A DNA stretch of 64,000 nt from Glaucostegus cemiculus (lineage: Eukaryota), in NCBI GenBank assembly GCA_976551045.1, contig CDPCPM010000344.1, positions 13,888,001 to 13,952,000 on the forward strand, given 5' to 3'. The notes below the pieces were generated by a model, which was given only the letters and a program-made list of their open reading frames with translations, was not told the DNA's origin and ran no database searches. Of this stretch, positions 1 to 12,164 are shown one piece after another. Position numbers and translations under genes: made by a program. Position 1 is the first letter of the stretch. Every line of letters begins with the position of its first letter.

Positions 1-356
1 TTTATAAGCATAAAACTATTTTTTGAAAAAGAGATACTTAACAAAATTGTATTGGTCCAGCTACTTGATATAACGGTTCATCCCTATTAGTTCTGGACTG
101 AGTATGCTTTGATACAGTGTTTTCTTTCCAATGTTCACAGCACAAAGATACTGTCAAACAATGGACTTCGGGTATGAAGCACAGAACTAAGTTCACAATC
201 ACAGTAGTCTCAATGAACAGAATTTCATATATTAGCTTCCTCAAACAATTAGAGTTTGATCCAGTTATTACAGTACTTTAGAACAAAATTTCTTATGTCA
301 CACTGAAAGGCTATATCCTTGATAACTGTAGAAATAAGTATATTCTGGATGATGAA

Positions 357-407
357 TTTATTAAATCAAGCCTATCTTCAGCCCCAATTTAATACATAAC
401 TTTTATT
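357..407 (-). promoter_or_regulatory. Candidate distal poly(A) signals AATAAA (402-407 and 357-362)
   Basis: Two canonical hexamers on the minus strand about 2.6 kb after the stop. Confidence 0.3.
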
Positions 408-1324
408 AAATTACATGGAATGCATATTTAATGGTATGCAAACTAGCACCTTGTGCACAAGCATCAGGCTCTAATTGTACAGAGGCTCCCTGTGCAGTCA
501 AGAATAATGCACCTTTCAATGAAATACTATGCTAGCTCACCAATGGTACCAGATCAAATTCAGCTGGATTGGGTGTCTGTAGTTAGGGCAGTGGCAAAAG
601 AAAAATCCACCTGGGTTCCTGGCGCCATCTACTATTTACCAGCTTTACTATTTACCAGCTTGGATGGACTTTGCACAATGACAGGGTCAGGTTCAAGTGT
701 GAAGCACTTTCTCCTCCTCTGATGATCACAGAGCCATTTGAGAGAGAACTAATGAGACGAGCAGGCTTCCCCCAAGTCAAGGGCACTGAGGCTTCAATTA
801 CTACCCTTATTTTCTCAGGCTACTCACTACAGATCAGGATCGAAATTGGGACCTTCCCATTTTGGATGGCTCAGTCCCACATCCTCAGAGAGATTAGAGA
901 AGCTCTTTTATCACAATAATAAAAATACCAGATGTTTTAATGCAGTTTGTTCTTTGTAACAATTTTAGTTTAAAGCCTTTCCGTTCCATCATTAAGATCT
1001 GCTACATGGGCCAAATCTTTCCTGTTAAGCTGGAAGCAAGTGTTCCCAGTTGGTGTAGCACCACAGTAATCTACAACCAGATGAAGCGCAACCATGATTC
1101 ACAAGCCTACTCACAACGGTTGATGCTGATCAAGAAGCTAACAGCTTATGTTCTACAGACACTCTGGGATTAAAGAGTAGAAACTAAAGTCAGAGAAAAC
1201 ACACAACACTGAGAGCGTTTTCTCCTTATTCAGAATCATATAATGTGTCCCATATATTACAGGGTTAGAGTTAGCATTTTAATCATCGCCACCCTTCTCT
1301 GCACTGACCTCAAGATGTGATTCC

Positions 1325-1522
1325 GAAGAAGAGGAAAGTTCTCCCCAGTTTCTAGGCCAACAGTTATCCCTCGCCCCACAGAAAACAGATTATGTGGTCA
1401 CTCTCACAGTGCTGTTTGCGGGAACCTTGTGTGACAACTGGCTGCTATCCTTCCTGGATCCCAACAGTGACCATGTTTCAGAGAAAGAATGGCTGCGACG
1501 CACTTTGGAACAACATGAAGCA
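1325..1522 (+). mobile_element. Deu-domain SINE remnant (SacSINE1/AmnSINE-like)
   Basis: gttctcccc...ggccaa..ttatccctc...aaaacagattat.tggtca...gctgtttg.ggga core recalled from DeuSINEs. Confidence 0.65.
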
Positions 1523-2132
1523 AGTTGTTAATTCCTCTGTTTGCCATGGTTTCTGGGTGTTTCTGACTTTTCCTCCACTGTAGAAGCTCAACCAAAGGAA
1601 AACAGCCCTTCCACCACTGAACTCCATTTCCTGCCAGTCTGGTTCAATCAATGGCAGAGGGTAGGGTTTGGTTCCAGTTACACTATTTGCTTTGCAGCTA
1701 ATGAAAAGTAATTGTAAACCTTGATAATTGATAACAACTCCAGGATGTGAGAGCAGAGTGCAGAAATAGGAGTCCTGTGCTAAAAAGACTAGTTACTGAA
1801 TTTTCCATGTCCATCTTGTAAATTGTATTGGGGCTTTGCTCCCTAACAGCACTGATTTTAGAGGGAACATTGAACACATATGTACATGCAGACATATGTG
1901 TGCGTGCTTAATGTGCTTTGTAATTATTAGATAGTCCATGCCACTAAAGACCTCACCCCACCTCTCAAACACTGCACAGATCCCCATCAAGTAATAACCA
2001 CAGTGTTCATCACCTCCCACAAATGATCTCAATTACTGGTCCCTATGGGTTTGTTGGGCATGCAGATTTTAATTTCAGAATGAGGTGACCCGCATTGTTA
2101 ACCAGATATCTTTTTTTTACATAAATCACACA

Positions 2133-2138
2133 TTTAAT
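2133..2138 (-). promoter_or_regulatory. Candidate proximal poly(A) signal ATTAAA for rootletin
   Basis: AT-rich context about 880 nt after the stop; no transcript data. Confidence 0.3.
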
Positions 2139-3017
2139 CATAATATTCTATTTTAAATGCAAACAAATGGGAAGAGATGACTTCAAAACCAGTCCAACTG
2201 GCTGTTATTGCTCAAGACCTCTTCAACAGGCAGACAGTGGGGAAACAATGACCAGCTGGACCAGAATCTTGGCTGAGCTGAATGTATATAACCGTGTCTG
2301 TTGACGGAGCACAGCCACAAATCAAATGGAAGAGCAAATGTGCTAAAACCCACAGTCAGCCAGTAGCCATTGCCAACTGACACACTTGCAATGGGATTTG
2401 TGAGAGTTGAATTAAGAGGTGGGCTGTAGCCTCAGGAGTGCATCTAGATCTGTTAAACAAATGTTCAGAGTAGCTCAGAGATCTACCCCATTTGGATTTG
2501 TGCTCGAGAGGCAGAGGGATTTAATCGATGGACCACAGTCTAATCATCACAGATCACCAAGTCTAATCTTCCCAGGCCTGGAGATCCTTTCAAAATCTGA
2601 ACTGTCATTCCAGCTGCTAAAATGGACAAAAGGGGATTCTGAAAAAAAACCAGACCACCCCTCCACACCTAAAATATCTTGTATTGTTATTTGTAGTGGT
2701 TTTGAGAGCCCCTGAGCCTGCACTAACAGGTTTCCCTGAAGCTTTGGCAAATCCTCTCTGAGTGGTCTTTGTAAGATAAATGCATAGGGAACACAAATAC
2801 AAACTGGACGCGTAACAGTGTCAGGGCCAACAGTGGAAGTAGTTGACCTGGAGCCTGCGGGTGGTGATCTGATCCAGAAGTTAGGTAGGTGGGGAGGTTG
2901 TCCTGACTCTGCTATCAAAGGGGGGGGTCTGATGTGTCCTGTGACGGCTCATGGGAGTACAAGAGAATGCAGGCTGACAGCCCGCTGTCTCGCTGGTGTA
3001 ACGGGCCCAGAATGGAG

Positions 3018-3101
3018 TCAATTTCCGGAGGTAATTGAGTGGGAATACTGAGGTTGGCGTCTTCGGAGCTCCTGCTGCAGCTGGTCCTTCAGTGTTGATA
3101 C
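3018..3101 (-). CDS. CROCC: Rootletin terminal coding exon: VSTLKDQLQQELRRRQPQYSHSITSGN-stop
   Basis: gttgcag acceptor; TGA at 3018-3020. Confidence 0.92.
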   Translation of the reverse strand, partial: VSTLKDQLQQELRRRQPQYSHSITSGN

Positions 3102-3685
3102 CTGCAACACAAAAGAAACGAGAGGCACAGAATGAAAGCAACACATCATTAAATACAGAGGAGAATGACACAGATCCCAACAGCCATACAAAACCAATTC
3201 CTCAATGGAGATAAAATACTCCCAGGCACAGTTGGAATTATTGACCTGTGGACCCTTATCAACAATCATCTCCCTTCTATAAAATACTGACTTGGTTATT
3301 AAACTGTACATGGCTCTAACGACTGTCCATCCGGGTGTATTGTGCATCCCTGCCCTACTTCAGAATATCCCCAATGTGTCATTCCCCTGTCATGTGGTGC
3401 AAAACATGTTCTTGTCTGTGGACACATCCTGATATCAGGCTAGTCCTGCCTCGTGCATGGGTATATTATATTTCTAACAAAAGCAAATAAGTTAATAAAA
3501 ATATTCAGTGGAAAAACTGGAGTGAGCGGTCCAAATTTGAACATAAAAATTTAATAGAAAAGTATCCTGGGGAAATTCTAATGATAATTAAAAAGCAGTT
3601 TTACTTAAATACAAAAAAACCTGCAATATTATACAGTAATCACAAAATAAGTTAACATTTATTATCTTTAGAGGTGCCGTGGGCA

Positions 3686-3985
3686 GGCACGGTGGCATAA
3701 TGGTTAGCTCAATGCTTTACAGCACCAGTGACCCAGGTTCAAATCTGGCTACTGTCCGTAAGGAGTTTGTACGTTCTCCCCGGGTCTGTGTGGGTTTCCT
3801 CCGGGTGCTCTGGTTTCCTCCCACATTCCAAAGACATACAGGTTAGGAAGTTGTGGGCATGCTACGTTGACGCCGGAAGCATGGCGACACTTGCAGGCTG
3901 CCCCCCAAATCACTACGCAAAAAGATGTATTTCACTGTGCGTTTCAATGTACATGTGACAAATAAAGAAATCTTATCTTATCTTA
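3686..3985 (+). mobile_element. V-SINE, tail type 1
   Basis: tRNA-like head, V domain (gagtttgtacgttctccc...gggtttcctccgggtgctc.ggtttcctcccaca), AATAAA and (TCTTA)n tail. Confidence 0.88.
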
Positions 3986-4969
3986 CATCATTTTGATCTG
4001 ATGCACCATGTAAAAATAGCTCACTAGTGTGAAGGAAAAAGATTGGGCAAAACCTTCTGTTCACATCAGAGCTGGTTTTATACCGATGAGGAACACGATC
4101 CTGCTGTATCCAGCTGAAGAGGCAGAGTATCCTCTTGTAGTGCATTGTCCTGAGGTGGTACGTATTTCCAATGGATACTTTTCTAAGGAAGAAGTTGTAT
4201 CGATAGACACAGATTCTATTCTAGATGAAGCGTAAGCTCATCTGAATCCCAACCCATATGCAAGTCTGTGGAGAGACTGGCTTGAATGAGAGAACTACAG
4301 GCTCACAAGGAAATGAACTGCCCATTGTGATATCGAACAATACACATCAGTCAGATTCATTCCCCGTATCTTGTTCTCAGCCATTCACCAACAGCTGTAT
4401 GCAATCCACTTGGTTTGAGACACAAGTAAGACTAACCAAGTTCCTCCTGTGCCTTACTCTGAAACTCTTTGTGTGAGTGAAGACTGAGGGCAGTAACAGG
4501 CCAACAGTCAGGTTAATATCCAATTGGTGGACGGAGGCAGAAGAGACTGCAAGTTCTCCCAGCAATTTGCTTTTTGCTTTAATTGATGGAGGTTTCACAC
4601 AAGGCCAGCACTTACTGTCCATCCCTAATTAACCCCACACCCAAGCAGCTTGCTACGTCATTTCAGAGACACATTCAGGATTGCACGTTGCCTCGCCTGA
4701 AGGACACTGGTGAATTAGATAGTTTATTTTAACCACAGTCTAGTAGTTACCATTATTGATTCCAGATCTATTTAACCACTTGAATTTAAATTCCACAGTT
4801 GTCATTGTGGGAGCTGAACTTTTATCCCTGTATTAATGGCCCAGGTTTTGTAAGCTAACCCAGTAACCTGACTGCTTTGCTGCTGTACCAAGTGTAGCCA
4901 CTTGACTAGAATGCTAGTAGAATTGGACCCCAGCAACATGCAACGGGATCAAAAGCATACTGGGGGTAC

Positions 4970-5149
4970 CTGTTCCTCGAGTCCTTTCACGCGCTGCCGA
5001 TGAGCTCGTTCCCGTGCTTCCAGTGTCCTCTCTGTCTGCAGCTGAGCAGCACGCAATCGTTCTGTCTCCTTCAGGAGCTCCTGCCGATGGCGTGCAGTAG
5101 CCTCGATCAGGCTTTGGGAGTGAGTCTGTTCTACTTCTGAAAGCTGGGC
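4970..5149 (-). CDS. CROCC: Rootletin exon 26 (180 nt): AQLSEVEQ...TERTLEARERAHRQRVKGLEEQ
   Basis: tttccag acceptor, gtaccc donor; phase 0; conserved rootletin C-terminal motif. Confidence 0.93.
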
Positions 5150-5599
5150 CTGGAAAGGGAACAGCGGTAGTCAAGGGTTGCAGGGGTAAGAGAAAGCACC
5201 CTGGGATAGAGGACAAAGGTGTCCTCCCATCGAATTTGGAGCAAGCTCCAGTTCCACGCCAGAGCAAAGACACATTACTGCCAACACATTTTATCCATTA
5301 CAGATCTGTAACAGAACTGGGAATATGTACTGATGAATACTCTTCACTTTCATCTCTCAGAATAGCATGAAAAGCTTAACCGTGTCTGCATCTGGCAAAA
5401 CCTAAACCAGCAACCACCACAACAGACCTGCAGAGCTGCCATCCTCTCAGCTCAGTACGGAGAGTGAAGAGGACGAGCTGCCACACCCACAGAAACCGTG
5501 CTTTAGTCTTTACCCTCATCCTTCTCTCAGGTCAGAACAGAAGGAGTGGATCCTCGTCCAGGGATGTCAAACCATTAGTTGAAGTGAAAGGCAAAATAC

Positions 5600-5757
5600 C
5601 TTCTGGAAATTGAACTAAAAACAGAAAATGTTGGAAATATCCAGCGGATCAGGCTGCATCTGTGGAGAGAGAGATGGGTTAATGTTTCAGGCTAAATGTT
5701 AACTGGCTCTCTCTCTGCAGATGGCTCTCTGATCCAGTGATGTTCCCAAATGTTATT
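5600..5757. mobile_element. Penelope-like terminal-repeat remnant arranged as an imperfect palindrome
   Basis: gcatctgtggagagagaga...gttaa mirrored by ttaac...ctctctctgcagatg; family recurs at least 8 times in the window. Confidence 0.6.
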
Positions 5758-7329
5758 GGAAGTGCTCTAGTTATAAATTGCACAAGGATAGCTAATCACA
5801 CACAGGGGGTACTAGCTAAGCCAAGTTCTAGTAAAGCTGGGTACTGGTAAGTCTGATACTAGAAGTTTGGGTACTAGCAGATTAAAATATTATCTGCAAT
5901 TCAGAGTAGAGTGCACCTAGCACTAGACGGCATTGAATGCCACAGCGTGGCCCCGGGGACAGGTTCTGCTATCATGCCATCAGCTCCAATAGGCTTGGAA
6001 ATTATTGCCCAAAAGCCAACACAACTCAAAGCCCATCATTTTCCCTTTACTTTTCCCTATGACCTTCTGTGACTAAAGCTTCAGAATCTTCAGACTACAA
6101 TCCCCAGAAGAAACATCCCCATGAGCCTGGCTGTTAGGCATAAGGAGTGGCTTTACTAGTGAACTGCTGGCATGACAGGAACTTCAGTGAAGAGGGCAGC
6201 TGGGGTCAAGACAGTGCTGCCAATCACAGCAGCCGGACTCACCAGACACGACGATATCTTCCTCCTAATAATCTGTAAATCCATCTTCAAGGATCAGCAG
6301 GGAGTGGATAGAAAAACAACTTACCATTTTCAGCATGATTTTGCAGTAACACTTGCAGAGGATGGGCCAATACTGATAGACAACCAGACATCTATTCAAC
6401 AGCAGCTCAGCACGATCATGCACCAGTCAAAGTTCAAGGAACAGGAACAATGTCCAACAAGTCCATCTTTTTCCTTACAGACCAACCCTGCCTTTGTACA
6501 TCAACTCTCAATCCCATTCCTCTCCAGAAACCTCTTAAATTAACTTACACTGCCTACTTTGAAGTCCTTCCTGGCTAACCCGGTCCATGCTTCCACTGGG
6601 TGAAAAAGTTCAGCTTGACTTCCCTTCTTACTTTGAATGTTATAATGCGCCAGTTCTGCTATTTGAATGCACTGATACATTATGGGTTTAGAACCTGACA
6701 GCTACAACAGTACAGGGCCTTGGTGCAAGATGAAGCAACAAACTCAGGGAGTTTGTTGGTTTTTAATCATCGTTGTCTAACTGTGACCTAACTTCAATAT
6801 GCTTCACTGGTATGAAGCATTTCAATGTGTCCTGAGGCTGAGGAAGGTACGACCTGAACCCAATTGTTTCTTGGTCTTTAACAAGTAATTGAGTTGGCAT
6901 GTGAGTGACACTCACAGACAAAAACCAACAATACCCCAACAATCTCAACCCTCAAAGTCTACTTATGATTTCCAAAGCATGTGTGTTTAAATGTGTGTTT
7001 ACTTATCATGATGTTAAGAAGTTACGGTGCTCATGATAAACTTTGCACTGGAGCCACCAATGTAGAGGACACGCAGGCCAGGAGTTTCCATTTCAGGTGC
7101 AGTTGGATATCCAACGTCAATAGTATCCAAAACCGTGGTGATTCTACAGCCTATTTATTTTACTCAGGTTTCCACTCACTAAGTTGTGTATTGCCAAATT
7201 CATTTGAGGAAGCAGGACAACTAAGAAGTGGTTTAGAGTGTAGTTTATATTTAAAAAAACTATAATTCTGGCAATATTGTCTTTATAACTTTAACAACAT
7301 TCAACAAGTTCTACACCATTCAGTCCCAT

Positions 7330-7712
7330 TCACTATCCTAAATATCTGTACAGTCTGTACAGTCTACAAGATGTACTGTGATTACTTGTGTAGACTACTC
7401 TAACAGCACCTCCCAAACTCATAAGCTCTACCACCAAGAAGGATAAGGGCTTCTTATCCTTCTTGCTGGGAGCACCACCACCTGCAGGTTCCTCCAAACT
7501 GCACACCATCCTGTCTTAGAAATATATCACTGCACCTTCCTCGTTGCTGCATCTAAATCCTCTAACTCCCTACCAGCAGCACTGTGGGGCTACCTTCACC
7601 AGGCAGGTAGTGGTGGTTCAAGGTGGCTCACCATCATCTTCTCACAAGCAGTTAGGAATGGACAATAAATATTGGCCTTACCAGCAACACCCACCTCATA
7701 TAAATGAATAAG
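7330..7712 (+). mobile_element. LINE 3' end (CR1-group)
   Basis: Same family inverted at about 47810-48120 and with RT-bearing parts at 54815-56640. Confidence 0.65.
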
Positions 7713-7857
7713 AATATTGAAGACTGTATTGTTTAATTGATAGAAATAGACTTACCAACATAAAATAAACATTTTAAATCAAACATCAAGTCTACTACAG
7801 TGTGTTCCCTGGTTATAAATAGCTAAAACTAACAACAAAAACTTGCCGGGCACCTCA

Positions 7858-8122
7858 GTGGATCAGCTGCTGCCTCACAGCTGCAGTCCTGACCTCTGGT
7901 GCTGTCTGTGTGGAGTTTGCACGTTCTGCCTGTGACCACTGGTGCCCGGCTTTCTCCCACATCTCAAGGAATTCAATGGTATACATTGACCCCAGTGCAG
8001 GTGGGTGGTAGACTGAATAGGAATGTGGGGGAATAGATTACAAGGAGAAATAGTGAGAAATGGATCTGTCCTGAGAGCTAGCATAGACTTGATGGGCTAA
8101 ATGGCCCCTTCTACATCATATA
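7858..8122 (+). mobile_element. Old V-SINE (HE1-like)
   Basis: tgtctgtgtggagtttgcacgttct V domain; CR1-like tail. Confidence 0.7.
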
Positions 8123-8159
8123 GAAGGATGGGAATAAAATATTTGGTGTTAAAAGATGA

Positions 8160-8800
8160 GAAGGTGTTTGGTGTGCTTGCCTTCATATGCCAAGGCATTG
8201 AGTATACGAGTTGGAGCGTAATGTTGCGCTGTAGAAAACATTGATTAGATCCCATTTTGAATACTGTGTACGTTCTGGTCACCACACTACAGGAAGGATG
8301 TGGTAGCAGTGAACACGAGTATAGAAGAGATTTACCAGGATGCTGCCTGGAATGGAGGGCTTTACTTCTAAGGAGAGATTTGATTGGCTGGGTTTATTCC
8401 CAATGGAATGTAGGAGGCTGAGGGACAACCTTATAAAGGTTTATAAGATTACGAGGGGCACAGACAGGATAGGTAGTCGCAGTCTTTTTTTCCCAGGGCA
8501 GGAGAGCTTAGAACTGGAGGGCACAGACTTAAGGTGAGAGGGGAGAAATTTAAAGAAGATCTGAGAGAGATGTTTTTCCACACAGAGGGTGGTGAACGTC
8601 TGGAACAAGTAGCCAGAGGAAGTGGAAGAGGGAGATACGATTACATCATTTAAAAGGCACATGGACAGGTACATGGATAGGGAAGGCATAGAGGGATACA
8701 GACCTAATGCAGGCAAATGGGATTATCATACATAGGCATTATAGCCATGGACAAGCTGGGTCAAAGGGCCTGTTTCTGTGCTGAATGATTCTATGATTCA
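8160..8800 (+). mobile_element. CR1 LINE 3' fragment
   Basis: MLPGMEG...RRLRDNLIKVYKI CR1 ORF2 C-terminus and gggcctgtttctgtgctg tail. Confidence 0.85.
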
Positions 8801-10609
8801 ATTTTAACAGTAAAGTAATACATTTATAAATCACGCTTAATGGCATCAGTACACTAATCTTTTTTTGAGGCTCCTCAAAATCTGGAAAGGGTGGCAATGA
8901 GGAAACACCGCAATAATGAGTGATTCTATCTGGCAGCAGGGCTATTATTGTGGGCAGGGTCTTGATTTGATATGGACGTCATCAGTGCCCGTTACTCACA
9001 ATCTTTTGCACTGGTTTGGCCAAAGTAAAGAAAATCACAGTGACAAAAAAAATACGGGACATCCCAGCTGTGGTCTTCAGCAGAAAGGAGCCAGACATTG
9101 AATAACCAGGGCTCACTAACACACAGTCAATGGAATAATCAGTGGCTTACAGCAACAACTGAAGGCAGTTCTCACTCCAGGTTTAAGGGCCTGTTAGCCT
9201 TCAGGGAACAGACTAGACCAGAGCAAGTCATTCACTATGTGTAGCCTGGTAGCCAAGTGAGAGCTCAATGAATAAAGCAGATAGCTGTCATTGCAAACCA
9301 TAGGAAGCTTATTCTTGGGATAGTTCAGCTTTGTGGAAGGTTTGTTTAAATCAACTCTGCTTCAGTCATTATTATCCAGGTGTTTCAGTTTGTCATGTAC
9401 CAAAGCTGCATACTGCCACTAATCCAATAATTTATGGTCCTTAAGGATTGAGGTTGGATTTAACATTGTGGCTGAACCAGTTACAATGGCACAGACCTGA
9501 CTTACTCTCACATCTGGATGAAATAATGCTCATACATTACTTCTCCACTTGGCAGGCACCCAGTGTCACTCTCCAGAGACTCCTGACTCCAGACACAACT
9601 TCCTTAGAGGCCCAAGTGGATGAACCTTCACCTCCTCAGCACTCATGGAAACATATAACAACCTTCTTACTTTTTTTCCTTTAAGCAGTCCATTAAACCT
9701 TCACTTGAGGGCTGTAAGTAGCCTCACACACTGGTGTGGAAAATCTAAGCTGCTGTGTTCACTCAGTGGCCAGTGAGGTTGCTCCTCCATTCAATGTTAA
9801 CAGTAAGCTACAAGTTACAATGGAGCACTCATGTAAACGGGATGGTGCTTGCACTGCTTTTATAAGTTCTTAGCATCCTCTGGGATGGGGAGCCAAAAAT
9901 CAGCCAGACTTCCTCCATCTAACTGTTATCTGATAACTCTTGCCGGTAAATGCTCCCGTGGGGGTGTTGTTTGAGGATAGGATTAGGTCTGGCTGTGTGC
10001 CCCTCCTCCACTGCTCCTCGGTTGGGCTCAGAATAAAGTACAACTGTTTCTGGACAGCTTCCAACAGAGGAAAGGAGGTTCCTTATACCGACTGGCGTGC
10101 TTGGAACCAAATCCAAAAATAGCTCAATGCCTTCAGGGAAATGAGCTTGGCTGGGGAGACGTTGGTAGAAAAACTAACCTAGGCTGACACAGGCACATCT
10201 GAAGGTAAGGACGGTTACAGCAACATCTTTTAACGGGAAATGTTCACATCAGCATTGATTGGCAACCAGTGGTCCCAAGTGAAGATAAGCCAGATTCAGA
10301 CTCAGCTGCTGTGTGTTTTTTCATTGTTCATAGAATAATAGACCATATCGCATAGATGGAGACCATTTGCACCATTGCTTCTGTACTGACTGAAAAAGAG
10401 CAATCAAGACAAATCTCCCATTCCAGCTGTCAGTCCATAATCCTACAGGATCACATCCTGATACTTTTAAATGTGATATAGGTTTCTGCTTCAATCACTT
10501 TTTCAGTAGCAAGTTCCAGAGCTCCACTGCACTTGGATGAAATCTTTTCCCCTCATCTCTTCCCCAATCCTTTTATCTTTCACTTTAAATCTACACCCTG
10601 TTGTTACTG

Positions 10610-10940
10610 GAACAAAAAACAGAACGCTGGAAGAACACTGCAGGTCAAGCAGCATCTGTAGAGGCAAAAGGTGCAAGTCAACGTTTCGGGTCGACACCTT
10701 GCAACAGAATGGAAAGGGAAGAGGAAAGATTGCCAGTGGTACAGGGGAGAAGGAGGTGCAACAGAGGCTGGGAGGTGATGGGTGGAACCAGGTAGAGAGC
10801 AGGTGATGGGCAGATGGAACCAGGAGGGGGTGGGAGAGGTGAACAAAGGGAGAAGAAAACTAGTTGGACGGAGGAGAGCGCCAGGGGTGTGGGTTACCTG
10901 AAAATGGAGATTTCAATGTTTATACCATTGTTTGTAAGCC
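10610..10940 (-). mobile_element. Penelope-like element 3' remnant
   Basis: Minus strand encodes NGINIEISIFR-stop, resembling the end of Penelope GIY-YIG ORFs; followed by the repeat with a degenerate hammerhead core. Confidence 0.6.
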
Positions 10941-11273
10941 CTGACCCTAATGCTAAAAATGAAGGAGATTGATTTCATGCTCATGAACTATTTGTAAATG
11001 TCTTTCACACTGCATTTTTCTGGATAAGTTACACTGCCTTTACAGGCAAAAGTTCCTGTTGTTTATTTCCTCTGCTTTTTAACTAGTGTAAACAGACTGT
11101 GTTAGTTGTGCAATAGGTTGTTTGCTGTAGTTCATACTCCCTGCCCCACCTCTTCCTCATTGTTGGCAATAAGTACTCACTGTCTTTATATCTACTGCTG
11201 AGCTGTGCTCTTGCCCCACTGGTTGTACGTTGGCTCCAGGTAACCATTGCTCCATCTACCTGTTGGTTCTTAC

Positions 11274-11405
11274 CTGAAGCTGCTGGGTTTGTCTCTGGGC
11301 TTCCACGAGCTCCTGTTCTACCGTTGTGAGTGAACGATCCAGGCGACCTTTCTCTGCAGACACACGCAAGGTATCCTCCTCTGACCGCAGTCTCTCGCGC
11401 TCCAC
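11274..11405 (-). CDS. CROCC: Rootletin exon 25 (132 nt): VERERLRSEEDT...AEKGRLDRSL...QQLQ
   Basis: attgcag acceptor, gtaaga donor; phase 0; read by hand. Confidence 0.92.
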
Positions 11406-12164
11406 CTGCAATCAGTGGGATGTCACGCTTTGACTAACATCCAAGGCTATAGACAATGAGATGACATGGAACAACACATGGCAATCTGGCACCATCAACG
11501 ATCTTTTTAAACTTGTGAGTTATGATCTGGAAGAAAAATCAACCATAACCATCAAAAGAGAATTGACTTAATACCCGAGGCAAAAAAAAATGGCCAAGTG
11601 TGTTGGGAAAGAAGAGGGGAGTGAGATTAGTTAGACAACACGATCAAGGAGCTGTCACTGGCATGGTGGGCCATACTGTTCTGAGAGGCATCATTATGAT
11701 TTCAGGATATGAAAGGTTTAGAGGGATATGGGCTAAATGCAGGCAAATGGGAGTAGTTCAGGTGGTTGGCATGGATGGGTTGGGCCGAAGGGCCTGTTCT
11801 GCACTGCATAACTCTGTAATATTGGAACAAGGCCAACTAAAAACATACACATCAGGATCAATAGGCCACTCAGCCCCTTGAGTCTGCTGCAGCTTCTAGT
11901 AAAATCATAGCTTATCCAATTGTATCTTCAACTCCACATTCCCCATTAACCACCCTAAATTATCACCCCCTTGTCTGTCAAGTATCCATCTTCCTCTGCC
12001 CTAAAACATTCAAAAATTCTACTTCCTTCGCTCTTTGAGGAAGAGAGTTCCAAAGACTCACAGCCCTCTGAGAGAAAACATTTCACCTCATCACTGCCTT
12101 AAATGTTTGAGCCCTTATTTTTAAAAGTGACCACTGGTTCTAAATTCCCCCACAAGAGGAAACA

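Noticed and set aside
4029-4476. Small ORFs in the last intron as an alternative terminal exon or second gene
   Set aside because: No recognisable homology; the candidate acceptor checked leads quickly to a stop
5808-5880. Three GGGTACTRG units about 30 bp apart, superficially CRISPR-like
   Set aside because: Short degenerate tandem repeat in vertebrate intron DNA with related spacers and no cas genes
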